From positions 22,939,360 through 23,003,359 of the forward strand of contig NC_043019.1 of assembly GCF_006345805.1 (NCBI RefSeq): a stretch of DNA of 64,000 nt, read 5' to 3'. The position numbers and the translations under genes are program-made. How positions within the stretch are numbered: the stretch's first letter is position 1; each line of letters opens with the position of its first letter. The notes beneath the pieces were generated by a model that ran no database searches, had not been told where the DNA came from, and saw only the letters and a list, made by a program, of their open reading frames with translations. The DNA comes from Octopus sinensis (taxonomy: Eukaryota). Shown here piece after piece: positions 27,228 through 39,691 of this stretch.

Positions 27228-27804
27228 ATCCATAATTAGTTATTTTCGCTCCAATTCATGTGTGAAAGATGAAGTAATGGATGTAATAAATTAAAAATTT
27301 AGGCAGAGTGTATATATACAAGATTGGTTTCCTGCTAACAAGATGTTACCAGAGACTATAATGAGTATTTCAGAAGGTGTATACCACTCCTGCATATACA
27401 CTACTTTACACAAGGTAAATAGTATATACATACATATTTGTGTGTATGTGTGTGGGTGTGTGTGTGTGTGTGTGTGTACTTGCACATGCATAGACAGAAA
27501 TATATTCATTACATATAAGAAATTAGAATATCAAAGGAATAAACAATTATATCATGAGCTTCATAAGCTTACTGCCGTTTCTGCTATAAGCTGCCTTGCA
27601 CTCTGTTGTGTGGATGCCCCCAGATGATGAAGTAGGCTAGCCCAATACGTAGATATAGAGGGAGAAGCCTAGACATCAGAGCTGAGTTGAGTAGAGGTCA
27701 TCCGAACGTGCGATATAACAGTGGCGATGAGGATTTCGTAGCACACACAGCCACTGTGTAGTATTGCGATATAACACACTCCTAGCTAAATGCTTCGAGC
27801 GAGA

Positions 27805-28020
27805 TCGTTGCCAGCACCACCTGACTGGTCCCGTGCTGGTGGCACGTAAAAGCACCCACTACACTCTCAGAGTCGTTGGTGCTAGGAAGGGCATCCAGCT
27901 GTAGAAACTCTGCCAGATCAAGATTGAAGCCTGGTGCAGCCATCTGGTTCGCCAGCCATCAATCATATGTCCAGCCCATGCTAGCATGGAAAGCGGACGT
28001 TAAACGATGATGATGATGAT
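27805..28020 (+). mobile_element. Family D RTE 3' tail
   Basis: Family D consensus ending (GAT)n. Confidence 0.8.
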
Positions 28021-28029
28021 CCTTTATAG

Positions 28030-28286
28030 AAGTGCTCTGCAACCTTTTTCTACTCGCGGCACACTTATATTCCATTCAGAATTCAGTGGCACACCGGAAC
28101 TAAAAGTATAACTAAAAGTATAGGGGAAAAATTATATTCAGGTGACACTGCGGCACATCTAGCATCGTCTTGTGGCACACCAGTGTGTCACGGCACACCT
28201 GTGTGTCACGGCACACCAGTGTGTCACGGTACACCAGTGTGTCACGGCACACCAGTGTGTCACAGCACACCAGTTGCAGAACACTG
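28030..28286. mobile_element. hAT (Charlie/Buster-type) MITE containing an 18-bp minisatellite
   Basis: TIRs (A/C)AGTG(C/T)TCTGCAAC / GTTGCAGAACACTG; 8-bp TSD CTTTATAG (28022) / CCCTATAG (28287) with the nnnTAnnn pattern; GGCACACCAGTGTGTCAC x5.5 at 28174-28273. Confidence 0.85.
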
Positions 28287-28704
28287 CCCTATAGCTTCAT
28301 CAGAGCTTCAAACAAACTGCCCATTCAATGTAGTCTCTTGTTAAAAGAAAGACTTCAATACCACTTAGGCTCCAAGTTTACATTGAAATTATCGATCAAT
28401 TTCCAACATTCTGTTAGGCTATATCTAAAAATGGCTCAAAGATATCACTTACATACGCACAAACACACACATACATGTATCCACCAAATTTACTCACATG
28501 TCTTTGGTCAGCCCGGAGATAAAGTAGAAGACGCTTTACCAAAGAGCCACTCAATGCAACTGAACCCAAAATCACATACTTGAGAAACCATCTTCTTAAC
28601 CATGCAGCCATGCTGAGACTTACAAATATTTCTGAATATATTTCTCAATATATCTTTATGTTATAATAATACAGGATGTTATATATAATGCAGAACTGTT
28701 ATAA

Positions 28705-28705
28705 C

Positions 28706-28767
<62 letters not shown>

Positions 28768-28802
28768 CAACAATAATAACAACAACAATAATAATAATAA
28801 TA
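28705..28802. repeat. (AAT/AAC)n microsatellite
   Basis: Direct reading. Confidence 0.95.
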
Positions 28803-29220
28803 AAGTAGTTTGATATATAGGTAAGATTATACACAGAAGAATACAGACATGTAGAATACAGTATAGAGAGACAAGTATCGACACCAATAATAAAATATCA
28901 ATTTTTGGTGTTGGACCCAAAGGATTTTGAATGTGTTGTGTCACCAACAAGGAGGAAAATTAATGTTTTAATATTAATATTTGTATTTCCAAATGGATTT
29001 TGCATGAATATCCATACAAGTATATTAGATATTTTGTTTCATATATAACAGACACCCTCATATATATATACAGTATGCAGGCAAAGAATTGATGCAGCTG
29101 ACAGAATTCAGGAATAAAAGGCATAAAAATCTGTTAAGATTTATCGAAAATCCAAAATACATGAAATTATCGGACTTGTATGCTACATAGTTATTCAATA
29201 CAAACTCCCACTAGCTTTAA

Positions 29221-29681
29221 CCCTTTAGCATTCAGATTGCTTTGTCAACTATAATCTTTTTTATTCACATCATTCCAAATTAACCCCGAATTATTTTGAA
29301 GCTTTGGGGTGTCAATGAAGTCATCATTTCGTTGTTAAACACTCGCCTTCCATGCTGGTCAGGCAGAAGACTGCATCAGGCTTCAGTGTCTGTTTTGACA
29401 CAGTTTATTCTGCTGGATGCCCTTCCTAATTCTAATTGCCCCACAAAGTGGGCTGAGTGTTTTTTATGTAGCACCAGCACAAACGAGGTCGGTTTTGGTA
29501 TGATTTTTACAGATGGATGCACTTCCAAATGCCAACCACTTTACAGTGTGGACTGGATGCTCTTTATACATGAAGATGCTTTAATTTTGGAATAAACACT
29601 GTAGAGGCCAGATCTGGCCAGTCTGAACATAAGACAAGTAGCATATTTAGGCCTTTTATGGCTGGTTTAAATACTAAAGAG
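29221..29681. mobile_element. piggyBac-type MITE 2 copy containing an antisense family D insert (about 29330-29570)
   Basis: TTAA at 29217-29220 and 29682-29685; termini CCCTTTAGCATT / AATACTAAAGAG. Confidence 0.75.
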
Positions 29682-29807
29682 TTAATAACCTTGAGGCAAC
29701 CACAGAATTGGAAACAGACCTGTTACATGTTTGCGGCTGACAAATCTCAGAACTCCTGGCTTCAGCTCATCCTTGGTGTTGCAGGTTGCCTTCTTGATGA
29801 CTCTTTT

Positions 29808-30037
29808 ATTTCTTTACTGCTCACAAGGGGCTACACACAGAGGGGACAAACAAGGACAGAAAACAGATTAAGTCGATGATATTGACTCCAGTGCATAACT
29901 GGTACTTATTTAATCGACCCCGAAAGGATGAAAAGCAAAGTCAACCTCGGCAGAATTTGAACTCGGAACATAGCAGCAGATGAAATACTGCCAAGCATTT
30001 CACTCAGCATGCTAACGTTTCTGCTGGCTCGCTGCCT
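29808..30037 (-). mobile_element. SINE family B inside the DD37D transposase
   Basis: Family B consensus; degenerate TSD CTTGATGACTCT / CTTGGTGATTCT. Confidence 0.8.
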
Positions 30038-31210
30038 TGGTGATTCTCTGAACTGTTCCCCAGAAAAATAGTCTAGAGGATTGCAGTCTAGAGAGGTAGG
30101 AGGTCTTGTGTCTGAGCTGAAATGATCAAAAATGTTGTCTGAGAGCCAGTTTTGAATCTCCCTGTCTGTATGTGCAGGTGCAGAATCTTGCTGGAACACA
30201 TAAAGTTTTCCCCCTTGCTACTTCTTCAATCCAGGGCTTCTACACAGTCTCCAGAACCCTCTAGTACACATCTTGGTCCACCTTCAGGCCCAATCACACC
30301 AAGAACCATGATGTGGACAAGAAAGCTAGTTTTCATGACCCTGGGAAGATCATACAAGCTAACTGCTAACCACCTACTATTCTGCTTGTTGTGTGCCTTG
30401 TTCTGACAAAAGAATTTCCGTCTGAGAAAAACCTCAGTATGTTGATTCCAAGGGATGCTTCAACTTGTTCAACAGCTTCTTGGCCCCCTTCACATGGTTT
30501 TTGGGGGACTTCTGAGTGAGCATCTGTCCTGTTTGCAACTTGTAAGACTTATAACAAAGGATTTTAAAATTCCATAAGTCCTAAGAATCTTCACATCACA
30601 GCCCAGTTGCCTGGCAATCTCACATATCCCAATGGAGATGTTTTCTTCTATGAACTGTCCAGCTTTCTGACTGAAATCAGCATCTCACACCCATTTTTTT
30701 TTTACAGTAATTATGAGTTTTCCCAGCAGCCTCAGTATCAATGCCAAAGTTATTGTCCTCTGACTTCTTCCTCACCCTCTGGACTGCATGTAGTTGTCAA
30801 CAACAGCCCTGTTATTCATGTTGGCACATGCTGCATTCTACACCACCTTCCTTCTCCACACCTCAGGCCACTTGGATTCTTTTAATCTGCCTGGGTTGAA
30901 CATTTTTGTTTGAAGCTCAGTACAATCTGAAAGAAAAGCAATATCAGTTTACATCATAGCTTTCAAAATAGTATTTTAAATTTTTGTTTAAACAGGTGCT
31001 AGTTTAAAATCACACATGTATAGATGTACGTGTGTGTGTGTGTGTGTATGTATATATATATTATCCAAATAATAAGAGAAAGAAATACTTTAACACATCT
31101 TTAATGATCAGTTACAACTGTTTCTGTACCAACTCTGCTTGCAGTGTCAGTTTATGTAATATTCAAAGTGAAAATTTACATAATATTTGCAGTTTTACGG
31201 TGTATATATG

Positions 31211-31287
<77 letters not shown>

Positions 31288-31329
31288 GTATGTATATATC
31301 AAGTATATAATTGTAATTGTACTGTGATA

Positions 31330-31703
31330 CCAGTGCCGGTAGAACCATCCGAACGTGGCCGTTGCCAGCGCCGCCCCGACTGGCCTCCGTGCTGGTGGAA
31401 CGTAAAATGCACCATCCGATTGTGGCCGTTGCCAGCCTTGTCTGGCCTCCGTGCCGGTGGCACGTAAAAAGGACCATCCGATCGTGGCCGTTTGCCAGCC
31501 TCGTCTGACACCTGTGCCAGTGGCATGTAAAAAGCACCCACTACACACACGGAGTGGTTGGCGTTAGGAAGGGCATCCAGCCGTAGAAACATTGCCAGAT
31601 CAGACTGGGCCTGGTGCAGCCTTCTGGCTTCCCAGACCCCAGTTAAACCGTCCAACCCATGCTAGCATGGAAAGCGGACACTAAACGATGATGATGATGA
31701 TGA
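31330..31703 (+). mobile_element. Family D RTE 3' UTR with three ~60-bp internal repeats
   Basis: ACCATCCGAnCGTGGCCGTT... units, then the common tail and (GAT)n. Confidence 0.8.
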
Positions 31704-31717
31704 TATAATTTTATAAA

Positions 31718-31957
31718 TATAATTAAAAAATCATAATAAGGGCAGTTATGAGGTAATGCCGCATGGTAGAAGAAGACGCCAAATGGCTCTAAACTACTTC
31801 ATCTCTCTCATAGACATGTGCTGAAAGTGAGGTATTGAACAAAAAAGCATGTGTCTATGTGATAGGTAAAGTAGTTTAGAGCCATTTGGCATCTTCTTCT
31901 AGCATGTGGCATTACCTTATTGTAACTGCCCTTAAAATTATATTTTTTATAATTATA
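31718..31957. mobile_element. Foldback or long-TIR MITE (~100-bp imperfect arms)
   Basis: AAGGGCAGTTATGAGGTAATGCCGCATGGTAGAAGAAGACGCCAAATGGCTCTAAACTAC is mirrored by GTAGTTTAGAGCCATTTGGCATCTTCTTCTAGCATGTGGCATTACCTTATTGTAACTGCCCTT. Confidence 0.8.
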
Positions 31958-32437
31958 GTGGCATCTTGGGCAAGTGTCTTCTACTGTAGCCTACTGAATT
32001 TGGTAGATGGAAACTGAAAGAAATTGTATGTGTGAGTATATGTTTGTATGTCTGTGTTTGTCCCCCCAACATCGCTTGACAACTGATGCTGGTGTGTTTA
32101 AGTCCCCGTAAGACCGATAGAATGAGTACTAGGCTTACACAGAATAAGTCCTGGGGTCGATTTGCTCGACTAAATGTGGTGCTCCAGCATGGCCGCAGTC
32201 AAATGACTGAAACAAGTAAAAGAGTAAAAGAGTATACATACACACACAGTTGTGTGTGTATGTGCGTGCGTGTATGTGTGTACGTGTGTTTGTGTGTGTG
32301 CATGTGTGTGTGTGTTTGTGTGTGTATGTATGCATGCATGTGTGTGTTTGTGTGTGTATGTATGCATGCATGTATGTGTGCGTGTTTAAGTATGTACATG
32401 CATATGTCTAAGCATAGGCATATAATATATATATATA

Positions 32438-32836
32438 GGCGCAGGAGTGGCTGTGTGGTAAGTAGCTTGCTAACCAACCACATGGTTCCGGGTTCAGTCC
32501 CACTGCGTGGCATCTTGGGCAAGTGTCTTCTGCTATAGCCCCGGGCCGACCAATGCCTTGTGAGTGGATTTGGTAGACAGAAACTGAAAGAAGCCTGTCG
32601 TATATATGTATATATATATATAAGTGTGTGTGTGTATATGTTTGTGTGTCTGTGTTTGTCCCCCTAGCATTGCTTGACAACCGATGCTGGTGTGTTTACG
32701 TCCCCGTCACTTAGCGGTTCGGCAAAGAACCGATAGAATAAGTACTGGGCTTACAAAGAATAAGTCCCGGGGTCGATTTGCTCGACTAAAGGCGGTGCTC
32801 CAGCATGGCCGCAGTCAAATGACTGAAACAAGTAAA
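32438..32836 (+). mobile_element. SINE family A, full length and CpG-rich (young-looking); a partial copy lies at 31960-32232
   Basis: Complete head, internal microsatellite and tail. Confidence 0.9.
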
Positions 32837-33532
32837 AAAAAACAAAAAAAGATATATATATATATAAATTTCAGTAATACAGTGGGTGTTACATTTATGT
32901 GTGCTTGCACATTATTTATGTATGTGTGTGATATTTAAGCAATATCAAACAAATAATATCAAAACAAACAGAGCAAAAAATAAATAAAATAAAAATAAAA
33001 ACAATTTGTGTGCCAAAAAATATCGCTGTACCTGTGTGCATATGGAATGCAGTCATGTAGGTCTGAGTGACATGGGTAGATAACTTCACATAGAGAAGAG
33101 GGTGGATTGCTATTGAAAGATACATTTCGGGTATGCTAGATAAAACAACTGTACGATGGACTGGAGATGTGGTGTTACACAAATATAATTCCAGCACAGT
33201 ATAGTGACTGGCATATTATATATACATATATATATATTCATACATACATACATGTGTGTGTATATGTATATGTATATATATATATATATAATATATTAAT
33301 AAATAAAATAAAACATATGCATATATATATAAACATATATGTACGTACCTACCTACCTCTACATGTACATATACATGCGTATATGAGTACAGGACACCAA
33401 AAGGACGTCGAACACAATGAGAAACGAAAAGATAGACACAAACCAAAGGAACTGGACATTTATTTAAAAACAGCAGAAAATAGAGTACAGGACAATTGAA
33501 GGATATATATATATATATACGTTTTAAGGATA

Positions 33533-33591
<59 letters not shown>

Positions 33592-33825
33592 ATATATACA
33601 TATATATATATATTATATATATACATACACACACACACATAAAAACCCTTTATTATTATTAAAGCTGCAAAAGCATTACAAAAATATCACAAAATACTGC
33701 TCTTCAGATGTTCCCATTCCCATTCATCAAACAGCTTAGATTATAAAGCATAATTATTCTATCTCCGGTATTTGAGCACTATTTCTTCCAACCTTGTTTC
33801 ACAATTATGTGCTTACTTTGATATA

Positions 33826-33858
<33 letters not shown>

Positions 33859-34058
33859 TTTTTACTCATTTCAGTCATTTGACTGCGGCCATGCTGGAGC
33901 ACCGCCTTTAGTCGAGCAAATCGACCCCGGGACTTATTCTTTGTAAGCCCAGTACTTATTCTATCGGTCTCTTTTTGCCGAACCACTAAGTGACGGGGAC
34001 ATAAACACACCAGCATCGGTTGTCAAGCAATGCTAGGGGGACAAACACAGACACACAA

Positions 34059-34091
<33 letters not shown>

Positions 34092-34242
34092 CATATATAC
34101 GACAGGCTTCTTTCAGTTTCCGTCTACCAAATCCACTCACAAGGCATTGGTCGGCCCAGGGCTATAGCAGAAGACACTTGCCTAAGATGTCACGCAGTGG
34201 GACTGGTTAGCAAGCTACTTACCACACAGTCACGGCTGCGCC
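33859..34242 (-). mobile_element. SINE family A, near full length
   Basis: Family A consensus on the minus strand. Confidence 0.85.
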
Positions 34243-34399
34243 TATATATATATATATATATAATTTATGTATTTTTAATACTATCTTTGCTTTTTCTCTT
34301 GTGTATTATCTTATATGTGTGTATGTGGGAGTGTATATGTGCATATATATAAGTGTGTTGTGGCGGTGGCGGCGGCGGCAGCGACGGCGACGACGACGA

Positions 34400-35790
34400 T
34401 CCAACTTACAACAATTTCTTGATAGAATCAGGCTGTCATTATGAAATAAACCACAATCCATTTCAGGAAACTTTATTCTCAGTAAATTTAAGAATATACT
34501 TCTCTATAATTTCACTCACCAATATGCACCTTTAGACATGTTGAATAATTTGCTCCCACTTTTCTCAACCAATGTGTCATTATCAAAATGTAGGAGCGAT
34601 TTTCTTGAGTGGATAATCACATCAATCTGACTCACTACCATCAGTGATCGTTTTTGCAAAATCCAGGGTTTTCATCAACAGAGTTTTGATTATAGAGGGA
34701 TAAAAGTCACCAATGTCAAGCTGCATGAATCTGCAGTTCCCTTCTCTTTTATTCCTTTAAGCCATTCCAGCACTTCTAAAGTGTTACACCATAATTTTAA
34801 ATGATGAAACTGCTTTTACTCAGGAAATGATTTTTTCTCATAATTTTTAGCTAACTACACCTATTTCTTTACTACCCACAAGGGGCTAAGCACAGAGGGT
34901 ACGAACAAGGACAGACACACGGATTAAGTCGATTAGATCATCCCCAGTGCGTAACTGGTACTTATTTAATCAACCCCGAAAGGATGAAAGGCAAAGTCGA
35001 CCTCGGCGGAATTTGAACTCAGAACATAGTGACAGACGAAATACCTATTTCTTTATTACCCACAAGGGGCTAAACACAGAGGAGACAAACAAGGACAGAC
35101 ATAGGTATTAAGTCGATTACATCGACCCCAGTGTGTAACTGGTACTTAATTTATCGACCCCGAAAGGATGAAAGGCAAAGTCGACCTCGGCAGAATTTGA
35201 ACTCAGAACATAGCAGCAGACGAAATACCGCTCAGCATTGCACCCGGCGTGCTAACGTTTCTGCCAGCTCGACACCTTTTTAGCTAACTGCACCTAACTC
35301 TGGTTTTGCTGGGTTAATCAATCCACACTTAGGGTAACCCTCAAAGTTTACTTTATGGTCCTTCAGCATTATAAAAGAGAGCTGAGGGGCCAGGTATTCA
35401 GCCCTCTTATCTACTTCTAAGTTTCTCAGCTAACTCTTTGGCTTGTTGATTAATGGACCTATAAACATCATTTTTAGATTACTTATAAATATTTGTTATA
35501 TTATTAGATAGAAGCTTGTTATATGTGCTAACACCTACGCTATACACATTCCTTGTTTTATCAAAGGAAACATGCAGCTTATCTGATTTGTGTAGATATA
35601 TAAAACGTTCATTCAACTGACTTTCAAAGCTGTTTTGCACCGTATGGAACTTGACTATTTTTAAGATGTTTAAAAGAGTCTCTTCAAATTTTTCAGTATC
35701 ATTGGCATGTGGTAGGTTCTTGCACATTTTGTTGCCTTTATAATGCCCAGGTTCTCTGCTTTCAATAAAACAAACATGCCACCCTAATCT
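34400..35790 (-). pseudogene. Decayed Penelope-like element reverse transcriptase, split by a SINE B dimer
   Basis: SFDKTRNVY...YNKLLSNNITNIYK, FIMLKDHKVNFEGYPKCGLINPAKPELGAVS, QLDIGDFYPSI, IIHSRKSLL and GLFHNDSL (decayed LYRDD). Confidence 0.85.
34863..35276 (-). mobile_element. SINE family B dimer (head plus 2 bodies) with 19-bp TSD
   Basis: TTTTTAGCTAACT(A/G)CACCT at 34844-34862 and 35277-35295; internal junction AAAGAAATAG|GTATTTCGTC at 35044/35045. Confidence 0.9.
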
Positions 35791-36800
35791 TCATACAAAG
35801 TCGTCTGTTTTCTCCAATATACCTTTCATCTGATTTGGCAAGGTTTCTACACTGGATGCCCTTCCTAATGCCAACCACTCTGAGAGCATAGTGGATGCTT
35901 TTATGTGCCACTAGCATGAGGGCCAGTCAGGTGGCACTGGCATCAACCATGCTTGAATGGTGTTTGTTATGTGCCACCAGCACAGGTGCCAGTCAGGCGG
36001 CACTAGCATCAGTCATGCTCGAATGGTGCCTCTTATGTGCCACCAGCACGATGAATTCAAAACAATATGGATAAATAAGCATTATATTTTACAGAATCAC
36101 CTGAATGTTAAAGGGTGAAGGATGAACAACTTTTGATCTCTCAGGGCTACCTGGGGCTAAACTCCACCACCACCAACAACAACAACAATAACAACAACAT
36201 CAGTTCATTACAATCACCAATCATGAATCAATGAGATGACAAGACTTCATCATTCTTGCTTGAGGCAGTGATGAGAAAATTACCCTGTAGATGTACAAAG
36301 TTGTTACAGAGGAAGCAACAAAGATTAACAGCATATTTATAGAATAAGTTAGTGAAACACTCTTATCTAGCTATATGCATTTTTCTATCTGTCAGGATCT
36401 ATTTATCTCTTTACCTAACTATTAATATCTGTAAATCTATCTATCTATTTTCTACTCTGTATCAGTCTTGTTGTCTGTCTATGAGTTATCTGTCTATTTG
36501 TGTCTAAATTTGTGTTTATTTATCTCTCTTTCTTTTCCTCTCCCTTACACACATACATAGTACACACACACACACATACATACATACATGTGAATATATG
36601 TCTGTATGTACATGTATATATCTGTATGTGTGGGCATACATACATATATATTATATATATATATATATATATTATGTAAAAGTAAAAAACATACAAACTG
36701 GGACAAGAACGTGAAACACAAAAACACACGGATGGTACATTCAAGCCCTCAATTTTCAGTCAAGAACCGGATCATCTTCGCAATTTCGGCGGCTGATTAA

Positions 36801-36847
<47 letters not shown>

Positions 36848-37100
36848 ATAGAAGGAACACGGCTATGTCTTGGGTGTGAATTTTTCTTTCATTCCCTTGT
36901 TGAGCTTCTGTTCATTTTTGAAATACACACACACACACACTCATACCAATGCACAAATTCATACATATATGGATATATACATATATACACACTATAAACA
37001 ATAGATAAAGAACTAATAGATAGATAATTCATACATGATAGAAACATAAAACAAAACAAATATTTCCCAGTTGACAATTATTCCAAATTAATATTTACAC

Positions 37101-37158
<58 letters not shown>

Positions 37159-37357
37159 CTTATTGCCGTTATCATCATTATCATCATCATCATCATCATC
37201 ATCATCATTATTCTGGTTTGGCTCAGGTTCACTCTTATTCCTGGTAGGATTTGTGGGTAGCAGTTTATTTACTACCTGTAACCTAACGTATCCACAGGTT
37301 TAGAACACTCCTGGAGCTCTACCGAGCATTCTATTCTAATCTCTATAATTATTATTA

Positions 37358-37395
<38 letters not shown>

Positions 37396-37947
37396 GAGTG
37401 AGAGAGAAGTGCATGCCATCAAAGTGGCACAGGGGTAAAATATACAAAGCCCAATATACCCATCATGACTACCCATCTGATAAGGGTACACCAAGCACAT
37501 GCATCACAACCAAATGTGCGTGAAATAGTGATCTCATATCAAGATAAACAGTGCATGACCTCACAGGTGGGGGCCCGGTTAAAATTTTCTTCTGGTCGAG
37601 TAGCCCATCTCACTCAAAAGGTCCCTGAATAAGGATTGCTTAAGGATGTTGAACGAACCACCTATGTTTCCAAAGGTGAATATTTTCCAAACCCCAAAGA
37701 ATTCCTTTTAACACATGGCTGTGATGCTCCCCCACTACTCCTGCTCGTGATCAGAGATGCACATATCGCCAGTTACTAAGGGACATGCTCAAATAGTTAC
37801 GGTCAAACAACTGACAAACGAATCTGTGGTATTGAGTAGAATATTTGTTGTAGCCAATCTTTTACACCAAAACAAAACAATGTACATAACCCTTCCAATC
37901 AGTTAAGATCAGAAATCATGATCTGGTACTGCATCAGGGCATTTTTC
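37396..37947 (-). mobile_element. Unclassified ~550-bp non-coding element embedded in (AAT)n
   Basis: Complex sequence bounded on both sides by (ATT)n; no tRNA head, TIR or ORF recognised; strand inferred from ...CTCTCACTC(AAT)n. Confidence 0.45.
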
Positions 37948-38005
37948 ATTATTATTATTAGTTGGATTGTGTGTGTGTGTATATATGTAGTCATGCTACC
38001 AACGT

Positions 38006-38285
38006 TGCTTCACTGGCCTCTGTGCTGGTGGCACGTGTAAAAAGATTCGAGCAAGGTCATTGCCAGTATCGCCTGACTGGTCCCCGTGCTGGTGGCACGT
38101 AAAAAGCACCCACTACACTCACGGAGTGGTTGGCGTTAGGAAGGGCATCCAGCTGTAGAAACTCTGCCAGATCAAGATTGGAGCCTGGTGCAGCCATCTG
38201 GTTCGCCAACCTTCAGTCAAAATCGTCCAAACCATGCCAGCATGGAAAGCAGACGTTTAACGACGATGATGATGATGGCGATGAT
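38006..38285 (+). mobile_element. Family D RTE 3' tail
   Basis: Family D consensus ending (GAT)n. Confidence 0.8.
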
Positions 38286-39086
38286 GAATACTGACTTTTG
38301 ACCTCAATGATCACTACTAACGCCTAGTTCCCCATCTCCCTATCTTCCAGTATTCTTCCCTCCGCCCCCCCCAAACACCAATCTAAGAACTCTGTGAGAC
38401 GCTGTGCTGTTTTCTCTTGAAGAAAATAACTATTATTAGAAACTTCACTAAGTGGTCTTTGTAACTCCACAATTCTTCATAACCATTCTGTTATATTGCA
38501 AGCTAAGAAGAAGCAAGATGACTTGGCAGAAAATTTTCGGCAACTCCACACTCATAACTTGCTATCACTATCGTGCCATATGTTCATCGTCATGGTTACT
38601 GATTTGGGTTCCGAACCAAATGGAGTAATTTTTTTTTCTCTTTCTTTCTTTCGTTACTTGATTGACAGTTGTTTTTTGTTCTCTCTTTTTTTTTTATTTT
38701 TCTGTTTCTATTATATATTTATGTAAATGCATGATTTCTTCATGTGTAAGAAGTAGGTATTTGGTATTTATAGAAATGATGGTGGTGGTGGTGGTGGTAG
38801 TGGTGGTGGTGGTAGTTCTGGTGGTGGCAGCAATGTTGATGAAGATTGTGGTGACACAGGTATGGCTTATAGGTGTAGGGGTGGCTGTGTACACAGATAG
38901 ACAGACAGATAGATAGATAGATTGATAGATAGATAGATAGAGAAAGAGAGAGAGAGAGGGGGGGAGAGAGAATAGATAGATAGATAGATAGATAGATAGA
39001 GAAAGGTAGAGAGAGAGAGAGAAATAGATAGATAGATAGATAGATTAGATAGAGAAAGAGAGAGAGAGAGGGAGAGAGAGAGAGAA

Positions 39087-39121
<35 letters not shown>

Positions 39122-39691
39122 TAATGCATGTATGTATGAAAGAAGCCTATTGTAAAAATGTATGTATGTGTGCATACTCTGGTCCTAACAGCATGTGATG
39201 GCCATAAACAAGCACTAGAATACAAGCAATGTTCCAATCTTTAATGGTAAACATGTTTGGTTATGGTGAAATATTTACTTTGCTTGGAAACAGGAGAGGT
39301 TTATTAACAGGAAAGGCATCTGCCTGTGCAAAACCTGCCTCAATAAACTCCATCTCATTCACATGAGCATAGAAAACAGGCATATATATATATAAATAAA
39401 TCATTTTTAACTGCATATTACCTCAATACATCTGACTAATATAGGCAGAATGAGATACTTTTATCTATAGGCTGAAACACAGCTGTAAGGACCATTTTAT
39501 GTGTATATTCTTATGGTATTATTATCTTGCATATTGATGTATATTGTTTTGTTCGATTTGGATGTTTCCTATTCATATAGTTAATAAATAAGATGAAATG
39601 GTAATATCTGTAAAATTGATGATTGAATGAAATTTTGTGTCCTCCTCCATTTTCTATTTGATATATATATATTATATATATTATATATATC

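Larger units (their letters stand above)
29170..30900 (-). pseudogene. Decayed Tc1/mariner-superfamily DD37D (maT) transposase, interrupted by a MITE and a SINE
   Basis: LRFFSD, NKQNSRWLA..LPRVMKT..IMVLGVI, FQQDSAPAH-(37 aa spacing)-CNPLDY, CNTKDELK and VIKASG across frameshifts; 5' limit approximate. Confidence 0.85.

Noticed and set aside
27573-27668. Possible 96-nt phase-0 exon on the minus strand (ASPSISTYWASLLHHLGASTQQSARQLIAETA; tctag| ... |gtaagc)
   Set aside because: The acceptor is weak, the exon side of the donor is non-consensus, the peptide is unrecognised and no partner exons were found; it would need RNA-seq.
32916-33197. 93-aa ORF with a hydrophobic tail
   Set aside because: The hydrophobic part comes from an A-rich low-complexity tract, and there is no family motif.
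36670-36805. Short complex repeat-like block containing GCCGAAATTGCG (minus strand)
   Set aside because: The upstream half of any ribozyme core is absent, and it cannot be classified from this window.
39440-39500. Hammerhead-like CTGACTAA...GAAACACAGCTGTA
   Set aside because: Core G8 is missing, extra bases precede GAAA and there is no stem I; too degenerate to call.
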